This document shows, in pieces, positions 40,893 through 51,110 of a DNA stretch of 64,000 nucleotides (the stretch's first letter is position 1; the number at the start of each line of letters is the position of its first letter). Location of the stretch: the NCBI GenBank assembly GCA_047150005.1, contig AP038806.1, forward strand, positions 3,232,001 through 3,296,000, read 5' to 3'. The notes under the pieces are model-generated. The model was not told the DNA's origin. It did not search any database and saw only the letters and a program-made list of their open reading frames with translations. A program made the translations under genes and the position numbers. The DNA is from Nitrospira sp. Lineage in GTDB: Bacteria; Nitrospirota; Nitrospiria; Nitrospirales; Nitrospiraceae.

Positions 40893-42734
40893 ATGGCCTA
40901 TCAACCGATCGAGCACTACGGCATCATTGGCAACATGCGTACGGCGGCGCTCATCAGCACGAACGGTTCCATCGATTGGCTCTGCATCCCGTCGTTCGAT
41001 TCTCCCAGCGTGTTTGCCGCCATCTTGGACGACGGGAAGGGCGGGCGGTTCGAAATCACTCCGAAAGACTCGGCCGCGCGGACCAAGCAGTTCTATTGGT
41101 CGGAAACCAATGTTCTGGTCACCCGTTTTCTCTCGCCGGACGGCGTCGGGGAAATCGAGGATTTCATGCCGACTGGCTTGCCGCCGGAGTCACCCTGGCA
41201 CGATCAGTTGGTCCGTCGTGTAAAAGTGACGCGCGGGGCGCTGGCCTTTCGGATGACGTGTCAACCTGCGTTGGACTACGCGCGCGCACCGCACCGAGCA
41301 GTCATGGGCGAACATGGCGCCGTCTTCGAAGGAGCGCCCTTGTGCCTCGGCTTGTCCAGCAGTGTGCCCCTTCAGGCGGTCGGCGACGCGGCCGTTTCGA
41401 CGTTTGTCCTCCAGGAAGGACAGGAAGCGGTCTTCGTGCTGCATCGGCTGCAGGCCGGCGAGGCCTGCCGGCGCGGTCCGTCCGCCGCCGAAACGCAGCA
41501 GGTCTTCGATCATACGGTGGACTACTGGCATCGGTGGCTTTCGAAGTGTACGTACACCGGCCGCTGGCGCGAAATGGTCTATCGGTCGGCCTTGACCCTC
41601 AAGCTGATGACCTACGAACCCACCGGAGCGATTGTGGCGGCGCCGACCTGCAGCCTCCCCGAAACCCTGGGCGGAGGACGGAATTGGGACTATCGGTACA
41701 CATGGATTCGCGACGCCGCCTTCACCCTCTACGGATTGCTCCGGATCGGGTTCACCGAGGAGGCCCACGCCTTCATGCGATGGCTGGACGCCAGGACAGG
41801 CGAGGTCGAGGCCGACGGGTCGCTCCAGATCGTCTATGGCATCGATGGGCGTCATGATCTCAAGGAAGAAGTGCTGGGGCATCTCGACGGGTATCGAGGC
41901 TCGCGGCCGGTCCGGATCGGGAACGGTGCCTATCAGCAGCTGCAACTCGACATCTACGGCGAATTGTTCGATTGCCTCTATCTTTATAATAAGTACGTCA
42001 TGCCGATCGGGTTTGACGCCTGGTTACGCATTCGGCAGCGCCTCAATTGGTTGTGCGACAATTGGCAGCAGCCCGACGAGGGTATCTGGGAAGTCCGCGG
42101 CGGGCGGCGGCATTTCGTCTATTCGAAGCTCATGTGCTGGGTTGCCATGGATCGGGGGCTGCGGCTGGCCGGCAAACGGTCGTTTCCAGCAGATCAAGAA
42201 CGGTGGATGCAGGTTCGCGACCAGATTTACGAAGAGATCATGTCGAAAGGCTGGAGCCGGAAACGCGAGGCGTTCGTCCAGCACTATGACGGCGAGGCTC
42301 TCGATGCGTCGAATCTCATCATGCCGCTGGTGTTCTTCATGGCCCCCAACGACCCCCGCATGCTGAGTACGCTGAAGGCGATCAACCGTTCTCCGAGAGA
42401 CGGAGGGTTGGTCTCCGACGGTCTCGTGTACCGGTACGACAGCGAGACCGGAACGGACGGCCTCCAAGGGCAGGAAGGGACCTTCACGATGTGCTCGTTT
42501 TGGCTCGTCGAAGCGTTGACCAGGGCCGGACGCTTCGATCCCTCGAAACTGGCGGAGGCCCGGCAGCTGTTCGAGCGGATGCTGGGGCATGCCAACCATG
42601 TCGGTCTGTATGCCGAAGAAATCGGCGACAGCGGAGAGGCGCTCGGTAACTTTCCACAGGCTTTCACGCACATCGCGTTGATCAGCGCCGCGTTCAATCT
42701 GGACCGGGCCTTGGACGGCGGTCGCCACGGTTGA
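40893..42734 (+). CDS. GH15 glucoamylase/trehalase
   Basis: [39 protein letters not shown]. Confidence 0.93.
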   Translation: MAYQPIEHYGIIGNMRTAALISTNGSIDWLCIPSFDSPSVFAAILDDGKGGRFEITPKDSAARTKQFYWSETNVLVTRFLSPDGVGEIEDFMPTGLPPESPWHDQLVRRVKVTRGALAFRMTCQPALDYARAPHRAVMGEHGAVFEGAPLCLGLSSSVPLQAVGDAAVSTFVLQEGQEAVFVLHRLQAGEACRRGPSAAETQQVFDHTVDYWHRWLSKCTYTGRWREMVYRSALTLKLMTYEPTGAIVAAPTCSLPETLGGGRNWDYRYTWIRDAAFTLYGLLRIGFTEEAHAFMRWLDARTGEVEADGSLQIVYGIDGRHDLKEEVLGHLDGYRGSRPVRIGNGAYQQLQLDIYGELFDCLYLYNKYVMPIGFDAWLRIRQRLNWLCDNWQQPDEGIWEVRGGRRHFVYSKLMCWVAMDRGLRLAGKRSFPADQERWMQVRDQIYEEIMSKGWSRKREAFVQHYDGEALDASNLIMPLVFFMAPNDPRMLSTLKAINRSPRDGGLVSDGLVYRYDSETGTDGLQGQEGTFTMCSFWLVEALTRAGRFDPSKLAEARQLFERMLGHANHVGLYAEEIGDSGEALGNFPQAFTHIALISAAFNLDRALDGGRHG

Positions 42735-42765
42735 GGCGCAGGAGGGGAGGCCCGCAAGCATCGCG

Positions 42766-43509
42766 ATGCCTGTCGAAAAAGAGGTGACGAGTCCCAACGC
42801 ATCCGCGCCAGCGTCGATCACGGGCAAGGTCATCCTGGCGGCGCTCTTCTTGGGCGCGATTGGCGCTTTCTACTTGTTCGATCTGAAAATCTATTTCTCG
42901 CTGGACCTGCTCAAAGCCAATAGGGAGCGGTTGCTTGCGTTCACGGAGAAGCACTATGTCACGGCCGTGCTGTTGTTCATCCTGACCTACATCGCGCAGA
43001 CGGCATTTTCGCTGCCCGGCGCGACGCTCATGACGCTCACCGGAGGCTTTCTCTTCGACAGTGTGCCGGCTGCGCTCTACGTCAACATCGGGGCCACGAC
43101 CGGGGCGACACTGGCTTTTCTGTCCGCTCGCTATCTGCTGCGCGATTGGGTCGAGCAGCAGTTCGGGCATCGGCTTGGAGCGTTCCAGGAAGGATTTGCG
43201 CGGAATGCGTTCAACTATCTGCTGACCCTACGGCTGATTCCGCTTTTTCCGTTCTTCCTGGTCAACCTCTTGTCCGGCCTCACGCGGGTCAGCGCAGTGA
43301 CCTATGTCGCCGCGACGGCCCTTGGCATCATTCCCGGCAGCCTGGTCTACACCTTTGCCGGGCGGCAGTTGGGTACCATCAATTCGCTCGGCGAGCTGGC
43401 GTCTCCGCGGTTGCTGCTGGCTTTCACCGCGCTGGGGCTTCTCTTCCTGATGCCGATTGCCTATAAGCGATTGATTCAGACGCCGCCAGGCCGGAGGCGG
43501 GATACGTGA
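42766..43509 (+). CDS. TVP38/TMEM64 (DedA superfamily) membrane protein
   Basis: SLPGAT, GATLAFLSARY, LRLIPLFPFFLVN. Confidence 0.92.
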   Translation: MPVEKEVTSPNASAPASITGKVILAALFLGAIGAFYLFDLKIYFSLDLLKANRERLLAFTEKHYVTAVLLFILTYIAQTAFSLPGATLMTLTGGFLFDSVPAALYVNIGATTGATLAFLSARYLLRDWVEQQFGHRLGAFQEGFARNAFNYLLTLRLIPLFPFFLVNLLSGLTRVSAVTYVAATALGIIPGSLVYTFAGRQLGTINSLGELASPRLLLAFTALGLLFLMPIAYKRLIQTPPGRRRDT

Positions 43510-44780
43510 AGATGTCCATGACGGTCAAGGTCGCGATCGGTGCGGTGGTACTTGCAGGTCTCGTCTACCTCTATTATACGGAGGTGAAGCCGACCGTCAT
43601 CTTTGGATTGCGGTCGGACTACGCGCATGCCATCCCATACCAGGCGATTCCGGAAGGACTGACCAGTCTCAAGGCCGAGTCCTGTGGGACCTGCCATACC
43701 GAGATCTACAATGAATGGAAAACCAGCATCCATTCGTATGCCTATCGTGATCCCTTCTTTCAGGCCTATTGGACGAAGGACAAACACGTGTGGGTCTGTC
43801 TCAATTGCCACGCACCGCTGGAAAATCAGCAGCCGACCTTGATCAAGGAGATTCCGCGCCAGCGGGTCGAAAAAGCGGTTCAGGAGCAGAACCGGAGCTA
43901 CGACCCGGAGTATCAGCAGGAAGGGGTGACGTGCGCCGCCTGCCACGTCCGGGACGGGGTGATTGTAGGTCCTTACGAAGACTCCGCGGCACCGCATCCG
44001 ACCAAGTTTGATCCGAACTTCAGGACGCCGCAGCTCTGTTATCGCTGTCACAACGTGCAGTCCGGTCCGGCGCAGTTTTACAACGTCGGACCCTGCGGGA
44101 CTTATGCGGAGTACGAGGGCAGGTATTTCATGAAAGAGCGGGGTTTCATCTGTCAAAGTTGCCACATGCCCGAGATCATCAGGCCGATGGCGGTCGACAG
44201 TCCTCTCAGGCACGGACGCCAGCATCTCTGGCGCGGTGGGCACGATCCTGCAATGGTCAAAAGCGCCGTGGCTGTTCAGGTCACGGCTGAACCGCCGCAA
44301 CCCAAACCGGGAGAAGACGTGCAGGTCACGCTGACGTTGGTCAACGCCGGGGCCGGCCATAAGCTCCCGACCGGCGACCCGGACCGGCACTTCACCGTCG
44401 AGTTCACCGTCACGGATCTGCAGGGCAAAGTGGTCAAGGAACAGCGGGAGACGATGGGGCGCTGGATTATGTGGCAACCGGCGATCGTGGAGCTCTATGA
44501 CAATCGTCTCCTGCCGCTGGCCAGCCGTGAGTACTCGTTTGCGTACCGGGTGCCGAAGACGCCGGCCGGATTCACGCTGAAAGCGACGGTGCGCTACCAC
44601 ATTCAAAGCGAGCGGCAGCACCGCATGCTCGTCGACGAGTTCGGACTTACGGCCGACGATCCGTACCACTTCACAGTTTACGAGCGGGAGGTTCCGCTCG
44701 CCGGCGATCTTGCCGCGTTCTTCGACGATCCGGCCACGGCGCATCCGCAACCGACCTGTGCTGCGACGGGCCGGGGATAG
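43506..44780 (+). CDS. Pentaheme cytochrome c (c554-like N-terminal domain + Ig-like C-terminal domain)
   Basis: CGTCH, CLNCH, CAACH, CYRCH, CQSCH; GHKLPTGDP; GTGA overlap. Confidence 0.9.
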   Translation: MKMSMTVKVAIGAVVLAGLVYLYYTEVKPTVIFGLRSDYAHAIPYQAIPEGLTSLKAESCGTCHTEIYNEWKTSIHSYAYRDPFFQAYWTKDKHVWVCLNCHAPLENQQPTLIKEIPRQRVEKAVQEQNRSYDPEYQQEGVTCAACHVRDGVIVGPYEDSAAPHPTKFDPNFRTPQLCYRCHNVQSGPAQFYNVGPCGTYAEYEGRYFMKERGFICQSCHMPEIIRPMAVDSPLRHGRQHLWRGGHDPAMVKSAVAVQVTAEPPQPKPGEDVQVTLTLVNAGAGHKLPTGDPDRHFTVEFTVTDLQGKVVKEQRETMGRWIMWQPAIVELYDNRLLPLASREYSFAYRVPKTPAGFTLKATVRYHIQSERQHRMLVDEFGLTADDPYHFTVYEREVPLAGDLAAFFDDPATAHPQPTCAATGRG

Positions 44781-44846
44781 AGTCCCCGTCACGTCCATTC
44801 GACGTCTGCCTGTCTGTATCAGGATCGAGAGTGGTCGGTTGGACGG

Positions 44847-45341
44847 TCAGGAGGTCTGGATCCGTCCGCTGGGCCGCCGCTCCTCAAAGGCGACGGCTGC
44901 CGCTTCGATGGCTTTACGGAATTCCAGAGGTGCATGGATACCTGCGAAGGTTTCTCTCGTGGATCCGGTGCCGGTGACGTAGATCGTGCCGAAATTGAAA
45001 AGCCGACCCCAGAGGGTTTGCTCGACTCCGATATTTTCGACTTTGGTGAGGAGCGTTTCCAGAGTATGCCGTCCGACGATGCCGGTCTTGATCAAGACGC
45101 GCTTATCGCTGACGGCAAATTCAGAACAACGCCAGGTCAAATAGGCCGACAGCACCGCGCTTGCAGGGACTATGAGGATGACCAGCGACCAATAGGGGTC
45201 GAATCCTTGGCTGATTGCGAATCCAACGAAAGCGAAGCCGAGGATGGTCAGCAGAGAAGGACCAACGAAGAGTTTCCAATGCAAGTGCGCGCGGTAGTGA
45301 ACTTGTTCGCCTGGCAGGAGATTATCGTCAATGTACCCCAC
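44847..45341 (-). CDS. Bacterial PH-domain membrane protein
   Basis: 2 TM, EFAVSDKRVLIKTG, QTLWGRLFNFGTI. Confidence 0.88.
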   Translation of the reverse strand: MGYIDDNLLPGEQVHYRAHLHWKLFVGPSLLTILGFAFVGFAISQGFDPYWSLVILIVPASAVLSAYLTWRCSEFAVSDKRVLIKTGIVGRHTLETLLTKVENIGVEQTLWGRLFNFGTIYVTGTGSTRETFAGIHAPLEFRKAIEAAAVAFEERRPSGRIQTS

Positions 45342-45425
45342 CCGCTCTTCTTAGCAGAGCCGTCCTATGATTGCTACTGCCGGCTCGGAGCGCTGTCAGG
45401 GATCGATCGGCGGCACATGCATGAG

Positions 45426-46724
45426 CTAGCGGTGCCCTCCACCGCGGCCGCCACCACCGAGCCGTCCGAAGGCGCGCCCTCCCTGCTGGAAGTGATGAGG
45501 GATCGTATAAGGAGCACGGAGCACCGGGGGATGGGGTTGTGCGGTATGCGGCGGGTGAACCTGCTGCAGCGTGGGAGGCAACGGGGACGGCAACGGCGGC
45601 AAAGGAGTAAGCGACGGTCCTCGACGCATTTGAGCGTTGGTCACGGCATTGGAAGAGGCGGGAGGGAGAGCCTGTGTCGGGATCGGAGGCCGCATGGCGT
45701 TCGTGCCGGCCGCTGCTGAGGGCAGGGATGGAGAGGGTGGTGCGGGAGAGGGCGGCACGAGCAATGAGCCGGAAGACGAAGCCGGCGGAGGCACGCCGAG
45801 CGGCGCGGAGGCCGAGCCGACCGATTGTGCCGAAATCACTTGCTGCACCGTGGGCAGGTGACGATTGTTCGGCTGGAGCCGTTGAGCCTGCACCAGAAGT
45901 CCACGAACCTGCCGCAGGCCGATCGACCGGGACGGGTAGATTCCCGGCGTCACGTAGACCCAATCGGTCCAGGCCTGCGACACGAGGGCGTTGGCCTGGA
46001 GTTGGTTGAGTAGTTCCTCCCGCTGGCGGCTCGCGGCCTGTACTTCCTCGGGCGAGACGGCTGCGGCCAGAGTCTGGTTTGCGATATCCAGTTGCCGGCG
46101 CAGCTGATCCGTTTCCGATCGCAGCGCCACGAGTTCGGTCTTGGCGCTCTCGTTTTCCCGAAGAGCCATGATGGCTTGCGCGACTTCAGCGGGGTCGACC
46201 TGGGCGGTCAAATCGGCTCGGATGACGATGGCGTCCCCATCGAGGAGGGTGCTGATCTGTTGATCGACAACCATGACGATCCCGGCCGTGTAGGTGCGGA
46301 TCTCGTCTCTGGTGAGTTCCATCCCCGTCACCTCGGTGATGCTTTCCAGATACGTGGCCACCTGTTCAAGCGCCTGTCGTTTGGCCGCCTCGACGGCCAG
46401 GCGGGTTGCATCACTTTTTGTGTCGTGATCTCCCATCCGGTATTCGCCGCTGGCCGTCACCACGCGTACATGTTCGGAGGGCGGCCGTTGCGCAGCCGGC
46501 ACGACGGGCGGATTCGAGACGGGGCCGAGATCGAGCTGGGTGACCCGGCTCTGGAACTTCTCGGGAATCGAGCTCAGCTCGGTCGTGAAGTTCTGCGTGC
46601 CGGAGTCGTCGGTATAGGTGTAGATCGTCGTTGCAGCGGAAACCGGAGCATGGACGGCAGCAAGAGCCGCGATGATGGGACAGAGCCAGAACCGCAATCC
46701 GAGCCGGCCACTCCAGGCGAACAT
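45426..46724 (-). CDS. Secreted protein with DUF4124-like N-terminus, coiled coil and Pro-rich tail
   Basis: Signal peptide, IYTYTDDSGTQNFT, low-complexity C-terminus. Confidence 0.75.
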   Translation of the reverse strand: MFAWSGRLGLRFWLCPIIAALAAVHAPVSAATTIYTYTDDSGTQNFTTELSSIPEKFQSRVTQLDLGPVSNPPVVPAAQRPPSEHVRVVTASGEYRMGDHDTKSDATRLAVEAAKRQALEQVATYLESITEVTGMELTRDEIRTYTAGIVMVVDQQISTLLDGDAIVIRADLTAQVDPAEVAQAIMALRENESAKTELVALRSETDQLRRQLDIANQTLAAAVSPEEVQAASRQREELLNQLQANALVSQAWTDWVYVTPGIYPSRSIGLRQVRGLLVQAQRLQPNNRHLPTVQQVISAQSVGSASAPLGVPPPASSSGSLLVPPSPAPPSPSLPSAAAGTNAMRPPIPTQALPPASSNAVTNAQMRRGPSLTPLPPLPSPLPPTLQQVHPPHTAQPHPPVLRAPYTIPHHFQQGGRAFGRLGGGGRGGGHR

Positions 46725-46925
46725 CCTGCTCCTCTCATGCCATCCTGATCAGCTTAACACGAGGCGCAGGTTCGGTTCTTCCAAGACGGCACGCACCTGA
46801 GAGCATCCATGCCGACGAAGCGTCCATGACCGGACGTTCTCCATCGAGTTGACAGCCGCATCGGCGCGTCGTAGCCTTGCGACCCGTACCATCACCGTAC
46901 TGTCGACAAGCCGGGGCACGCGATC

Positions 46926-47594
46926 ATGGTCCTCTCCGTTTCGAGAGTCCGGTTGTCCGCTCCATCCGGTGGCGCGTATGGATTGACCGCGACGGGGATG
47001 ATGGCCTGGGCGCTGCTGGTCATTCTGGTCACTGCGCCGGCCTGGGCGGAAGGGAACTTTGCCCCATCGTCCGTCAAGAAGGGTGTCCTCCTGGTGGCCA
47101 GCCCGACCCTGGACGATCCGAACTTTCGTGAGACGGTCGTGCTCATCATCGAGCATGGTGAAGAGGGAACGCTCGGGGTCATTGTGAATCGTCCGACCGG
47201 CGTCCTGCTCTCTGAGGCCCTTCCGGACATCGCGGCGCTCAAGGGAACGACCTATCGGCTGTTCGCCGGAGGACCGGTGCAGCCGGCTCAGTTGCTCGTG
47301 CTGTTTCGTCTGAAGGAGCCTTTGGCTGATGCACGATCGGTGTTCGACGGGGTGTATGTGGGGGGTACGCCGAGGACGTTGGAACGGGTCATCAAGGAGC
47401 CCAAACCGACCGAGACATTCAGGGCCTTTGCCGGGTCTGCCGGATGGGCCCCGGGGCAATTGGCTTACGAGATGCATCAAGGAGCGTGGGCGACACTGCC
47501 CCCTGATTCCGCCGGTATCTTCGACCGGGATCCCTCCACCTTTTGGCGAGACTGTATCAGCCGGCTTCAGGCGCCCAGGGCGATCGCCTACTGA
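46926..47594 (+). CDS. YqgE/AlgH (DUF179) family protein with signal-like N-terminus
   Basis: LLVASP.L.DPNF.ETVVL, GVIVNRP, GGPV, GSAGWAPGQL; start may be about 46998. Confidence 0.88.
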   Translation: MVLSVSRVRLSAPSGGAYGLTATGMMAWALLVILVTAPAWAEGNFAPSSVKKGVLLVASPTLDDPNFRETVVLIIEHGEEGTLGVIVNRPTGVLLSEALPDIAALKGTTYRLFAGGPVQPAQLLVLFRLKEPLADARSVFDGVYVGGTPRTLERVIKEPKPTETFRAFAGSAGWAPGQLAYEMHQGAWATLPPDSAGIFDRDPSTFWRDCISRLQAPRAIAY

Positions 47595-47604
47595 GTGGCC
47601 CTAG

Positions 47605-47881
47605 CAGGATGTTGAAAAAGTCCTCCCGCTTCGTTCTCACGTTACTCAGAGGCTCAACGTACGGTTCGGGAAAATGACTATTCCCAGTGACGCTCGTTCT
47701 TCCTCGCGCCGTACGCCTCGCGGTGACCCGTTGCCTGCGTAACGGCGCGTCTTGACGCGCCGCGGTTGGGCATGTGAGAACCGGGTCCGTTTTGAACATT
47801 CTGTGGGCGATACTGATTCGGTCCGTGACCTCCAAGCGACTGCCCGTCCCGGGGGTGTCACAGTAGCTTTTCAGCAACCTG
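47605..47881. mobile_element. Non-autonomous MITE, 277 bp, CTAG target duplication
   Basis: Ends CAGGATGTTGAAAA / TTTTCAGCAACCTG; CTAG at 47601-47604 and 47882-47885; no transposase. Confidence 0.8.
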
Positions 47882-48196
47882 CTAGCTGAATCGCGTCGTA
47901 AGCACCTGCAGCGTGCGGTTCAACCGCGTTTGATAAGTCGTGGAGACCGCCTGGAATTCGACGCCGATTTGACGCGCTTTACACCACCGGACAACGGCTT
48001 GTTCGATCAGGATCAGCGTGCTGCCCTCCGAGAAACACAGGAGCAAGTTCACCTTCATGCCCGCCGAGAGCTGCAAAGGGCTTTCGAGACGGCAGCCCGC
48101 TCGGGAGAGGTCCAACGATTTGGTGATGAGATGCGGATAGTTCTGATAGGAAACCGTCCCTGTAAATGTCACGGGAAACCGAGGTTCTAGTCTCAA
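47882..48196 (-). CDS. Stand-alone PilZ protein, copy 1 (start codon doubtful)
   Basis: RLEPR and DLSRAG c-di-GMP motifs; only a TTG start near the domain. Confidence 0.65.
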   Translation of the reverse strand: MRLEPRFPVTFTGTVSYQNYPHLITKSLDLSRAGCRLESPLQLSAGMKVNLLLCFSEGSTLILIEQAVVRWCKARQIGVEFQAVSTTYQTRLNRTLQVLTTRFS

Positions 48197-48268
48197 GTTG
48201 GTACACGTATCCTTTCCGCAGCGGCTGCCGCATATGTATGATGGAAATACTGGCACACTACCGTGCAA

Positions 48269-48284
48269 TGCAGAGCTGATGCCA
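48269..48284 (-). promoter_or_regulatory. sigma54 -24/-12 promoter of PilZ copy 1
   Basis: TGGCATCAGCTCTGCA (GG-N10-GC). Confidence 0.7.
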
Positions 48285-48431
48285 CCGGTTTTGGATGCGC
48301 GAAGTGTAAATTTCCTCGTGATTTCTTGGATTGTCGTCTCGGCAGCGCGAAGGACCGGGTCATTCTCGCCACAGGGGTGAAGGGAATTGAGAACGGTTGC
48401 AGCCTTCATCGCGGATCCGTAAGATGCTCTT

Positions 48432-49166
48432 ATGAATCCGAACCAAACCTCACGCATCAAAACCAACGCTCCCGCTCCTTATGAATTGACGGCCGTCCAT
48501 CAGGATACGCACGACACAAAGACGTTCTGCTTCGCTCTGCCGGACGAGGCCACGCTGGATCTCCTCCCGGGTGACCATCTCTACGTGCATGCGACGATCA
48601 ACGGCAAAGCCGTGAAGCGCCCCTATACGCCGTCGTCCACGCCGGGCACCACGGGATATTTCGATTTAACGGTGAAGCGATACGAGGCCGGCACGGTCTC
48701 AAGGTACCTCCATGACCGGAAGGTTGGGGACAGGGTGCTCATGAGCGGGCCCTATTCCGGAGGTCACTGGGTGGACGGGATGGCGACCCAGGTCGGATTC
48801 GTGGCCGGTGGCACCGGCATCACGCCGATGATTTCGATCATTCGTTGGATTCTTGCGAAGAGCCTGACGGTGGAATTGTCTCTGGTCTACGCCAATAAAA
48901 CCGAGGCCGACATCATCTTTCGGGACGAGTGGGACGAGAATGCGCGTGAACACGCGAGTTTTCGCTGCTATCACGTGCTGGAGCAGCCGCCTTCGGGGTG
49001 GTCGCAGGGGGTCGGCCGTATCACCGAGGAGATACTTCGAAAGCAATTGCCGGCGCCGGGGCCAGGCACGGTTGTGTTTCTTTGCGGTCCTCCCGTGATG
49101 GTCGATGCCTTGGAAGTCACGTTGAAAACGATCGGTCACGCCGAACAAGCCATCATTCTTCCCTGA
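48432..49166 (+). CDS. FNR-family / cytochrome b5 reductase-like flavoprotein
   Basis: RPYTP, GTVSRYL, GGTGITPM, YANKTEADI, CGPP. Confidence 0.92.
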   Translation: MNPNQTSRIKTNAPAPYELTAVHQDTHDTKTFCFALPDEATLDLLPGDHLYVHATINGKAVKRPYTPSSTPGTTGYFDLTVKRYEAGTVSRYLHDRKVGDRVLMSGPYSGGHWVDGMATQVGFVAGGTGITPMISIIRWILAKSLTVELSLVYANKTEADIIFRDEWDENAREHASFRCYHVLEQPPSGWSQGVGRITEEILRKQLPAPGPGTVVFLCGPPVMVDALEVTLKTIGHAEQAIILP

Positions 49167-49440
49167 CGTGCTCCGATAGTCTCCCTCGCGGACCGTCCGC
49201 AGAGGATTTCTTGACGCCCGGCGATCCCGGGCGTAGGGTTTTCATCGTGATCAAGCCAAGGAGTCTCTACGGCGTCGCCCTGGATGGATGATCCACATCT
49301 ACCCCTTCGAGCGATTCCCGCCAAGATCTGGACCCCCTGACGGCCTAGGCGCTGCGCTTGCGGCCCGCGTCAATGAGTGCCGCCGGGATGCCGGTTCGCC
49401 CTGGTGCATCCCGGAGACATCGGTCCCTCGCCCGAAACCC

Positions 49441-49938
49441 TCAAGATGGATTGTCGACGTCCAAGACCGTCAGTGTGACGATGAGCGGCTTCCCCGCCAG
49501 CGGGTGATTGAAATCCACGACGGCCGTCGTCTCCGACATCTGGGTCACAGTGGCCTGGTGTCCCGACTGATCTTCCAGGATGTCGCCGGGTTTTGTTCCC
49601 TTCGGCAGTTCGCTGGTTGAAACGATGGTTTTCTTCCTGGGATCGTATGGCCCAAACCCCTGATCGGGAGTCAGATCGATCTGCGCTTTGTCGCCCCGCC
49701 TCATGCCCGCCATCGCGCGTTCCAACGCCGGCAGCATTTGGTGCTTCCCTTGGACAAATTGACTCAGGTCCCGGACTTCAAATTGCTCGTCGCCCGGTAC
49801 AGTGATTTGATAGAGCAGTGTGACCGTCGATCCCTCCCTGATGGGCATGGACTCGCCGGCGGCGGCCTGAGGCAACCCGGTCAGACTGATCATGACCGCC
49901 GATATGGTTGATACGATCAGATAGCGAAATGTGTTCAT
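49441..49938 (-). CDS. Exported SlyD-type FKBP peptidyl-prolyl isomerase
   Basis: Signal peptide, FGPYDP, VDFNHPLAGK; GAGGAGG SD. Confidence 0.9.
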   Translation of the reverse strand: MNTFRYLIVSTISAVMISLTGLPQAAAGESMPIREGSTVTLLYQITVPGDEQFEVRDLSQFVQGKHQMLPALERAMAGMRRGDKAQIDLTPDQGFGPYDPRKKTIVSTSELPKGTKPGDILEDQSGHQATVTQMSETTAVVDFNHPLAGKPLIVTLTVLDVDNPS

Positions 49939-49994
49939 GGTGTCCTCCTCGGTTCATACAGCGCGCTGGTAGACCGCCGTCTCACGATTCACAC

Positions 49995-50010
49995 CGCAAG
50001 GTGTTTGCCA
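49995..50010 (-). promoter_or_regulatory. sigma54 promoter of the FKBP gene
   Basis: TGGCAAACACCTTGCG (GG-N10-GC). Confidence 0.7.
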
Positions 50011-50285
50011 GCGAGGAGAATGACAAAAATGCCAGAGATGATATGGAGTTAGCCCAAGTGTCTTACGGCTGACTCAACCGTTGGAGAAGCACAGGAAGGC
50101 GACGTTCTGCGCGACAACCGGCAAAAGCTGCCTGTTTGTGCTCTGTTGTGTGACACGACAATCTGTTCGACCACGAACAGGATGCGCAAGCGATGCTGGG
50201 AGGATCCCTCGCTCCTGTCTATTGCCGCTGGCTTGTTTTCAGACCGGCTGGTCTACGGCGGCCGGTATGGATTGTATCGAATGGA

Positions 50286-50642
50286 TCACATGGTGCTCGT
50301 GGAGGGGGGGCAGGGATACTCATGGTCGATGGCGGCTTCGAAGCGCCGGAGGGTCCGGTCCAAACGCTCGCGGTGAGGAGAGGAGAGAGATTGAAATTCA
50401 AGGCCCATATCGCGAACGCCGCACCACCGGACGACCGCTTGTTCGATGAGGATCGGCGACTCGCCTTCCGGGAGGGAGAGCAGGAGATTGACTTTCATCC
50501 CGGCGTAGGCTTCAAGAGGACTTTCGACTCGGCAGCCGTTCCGCGACAGATCGAAGGACTTCGTAATCTGGTGCAGGCGGTTCTGATATCCCAGCGTCCC
50601 GAAGAAGGATACCTGGAAGCGGGGCTGCTGTCGGATGACCAT
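50286..50642 (-). CDS. Stand-alone PilZ protein, copy 2
   Basis: RQQPR, DLSRNG, VVRW, GLEF; GAGAGG SD before MVIR. Confidence 0.85.
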   Translation of the reverse strand: MVIRQQPRFQVSFFGTLGYQNRLHQITKSFDLSRNGCRVESPLEAYAGMKVNLLLSLPEGESPILIEQAVVRWCGVRDMGLEFQSLSSPHRERLDRTLRRFEAAIDHEYPCPPSTSTM

Positions 50643-50698
50643 ATGATGCCTCTCTGTTGATCGACGATGGACGTACAACGACTCCATTCAGTCGAGCA

Positions 50699-50714
50699 TG
50701 CAGAGCCGATGCCC
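50699..50714 (-). promoter_or_regulatory. sigma54 promoter of PilZ copy 2
   Basis: GGGCATCGGCTCTGCA (GG-N10-GC). Confidence 0.7.
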
Positions 50715-51110
50715 GAAGCGGTGCTTAATCTCCATTGATTTTTCTACGATTGCGCCTTACCGAACCAAGTTGTTCCGTCCATTCGTGGCCACCGGTGAAG
50801 GCCATCGAGAACGGCGGCTCAGACGATGCGATGTGCAGGCGGGCGTATTGCTCACGGCAACATCCACCGTAGCGATATTGTCCGACCGATGTTCCCGCTC
50901 GTTGTTGACACAGGATGCGGTACGAAGTAGCCTGCCCGCTCATCTGGTCGGTCGATCTTGCAGGAACTCCCGTGCAGGTTTGCGACGGCTTTCGAGTCAA
51001 GCCCAGCAACCTGTGACCGTGGGTCCGGCGAAGATCCGCGCCGACAAACCGTGAGGGCTCCCCCTCGGAGCCACGGTGACTGTCAACCTTCAGACACATG
51101 AGGACTTCAT

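Noticed and set aside
48251..48267. + strand sigma54 site TGGCACACTACCGTGCA
   Set aside because: Spacing is 11; the correctly spaced site is on the minus strand
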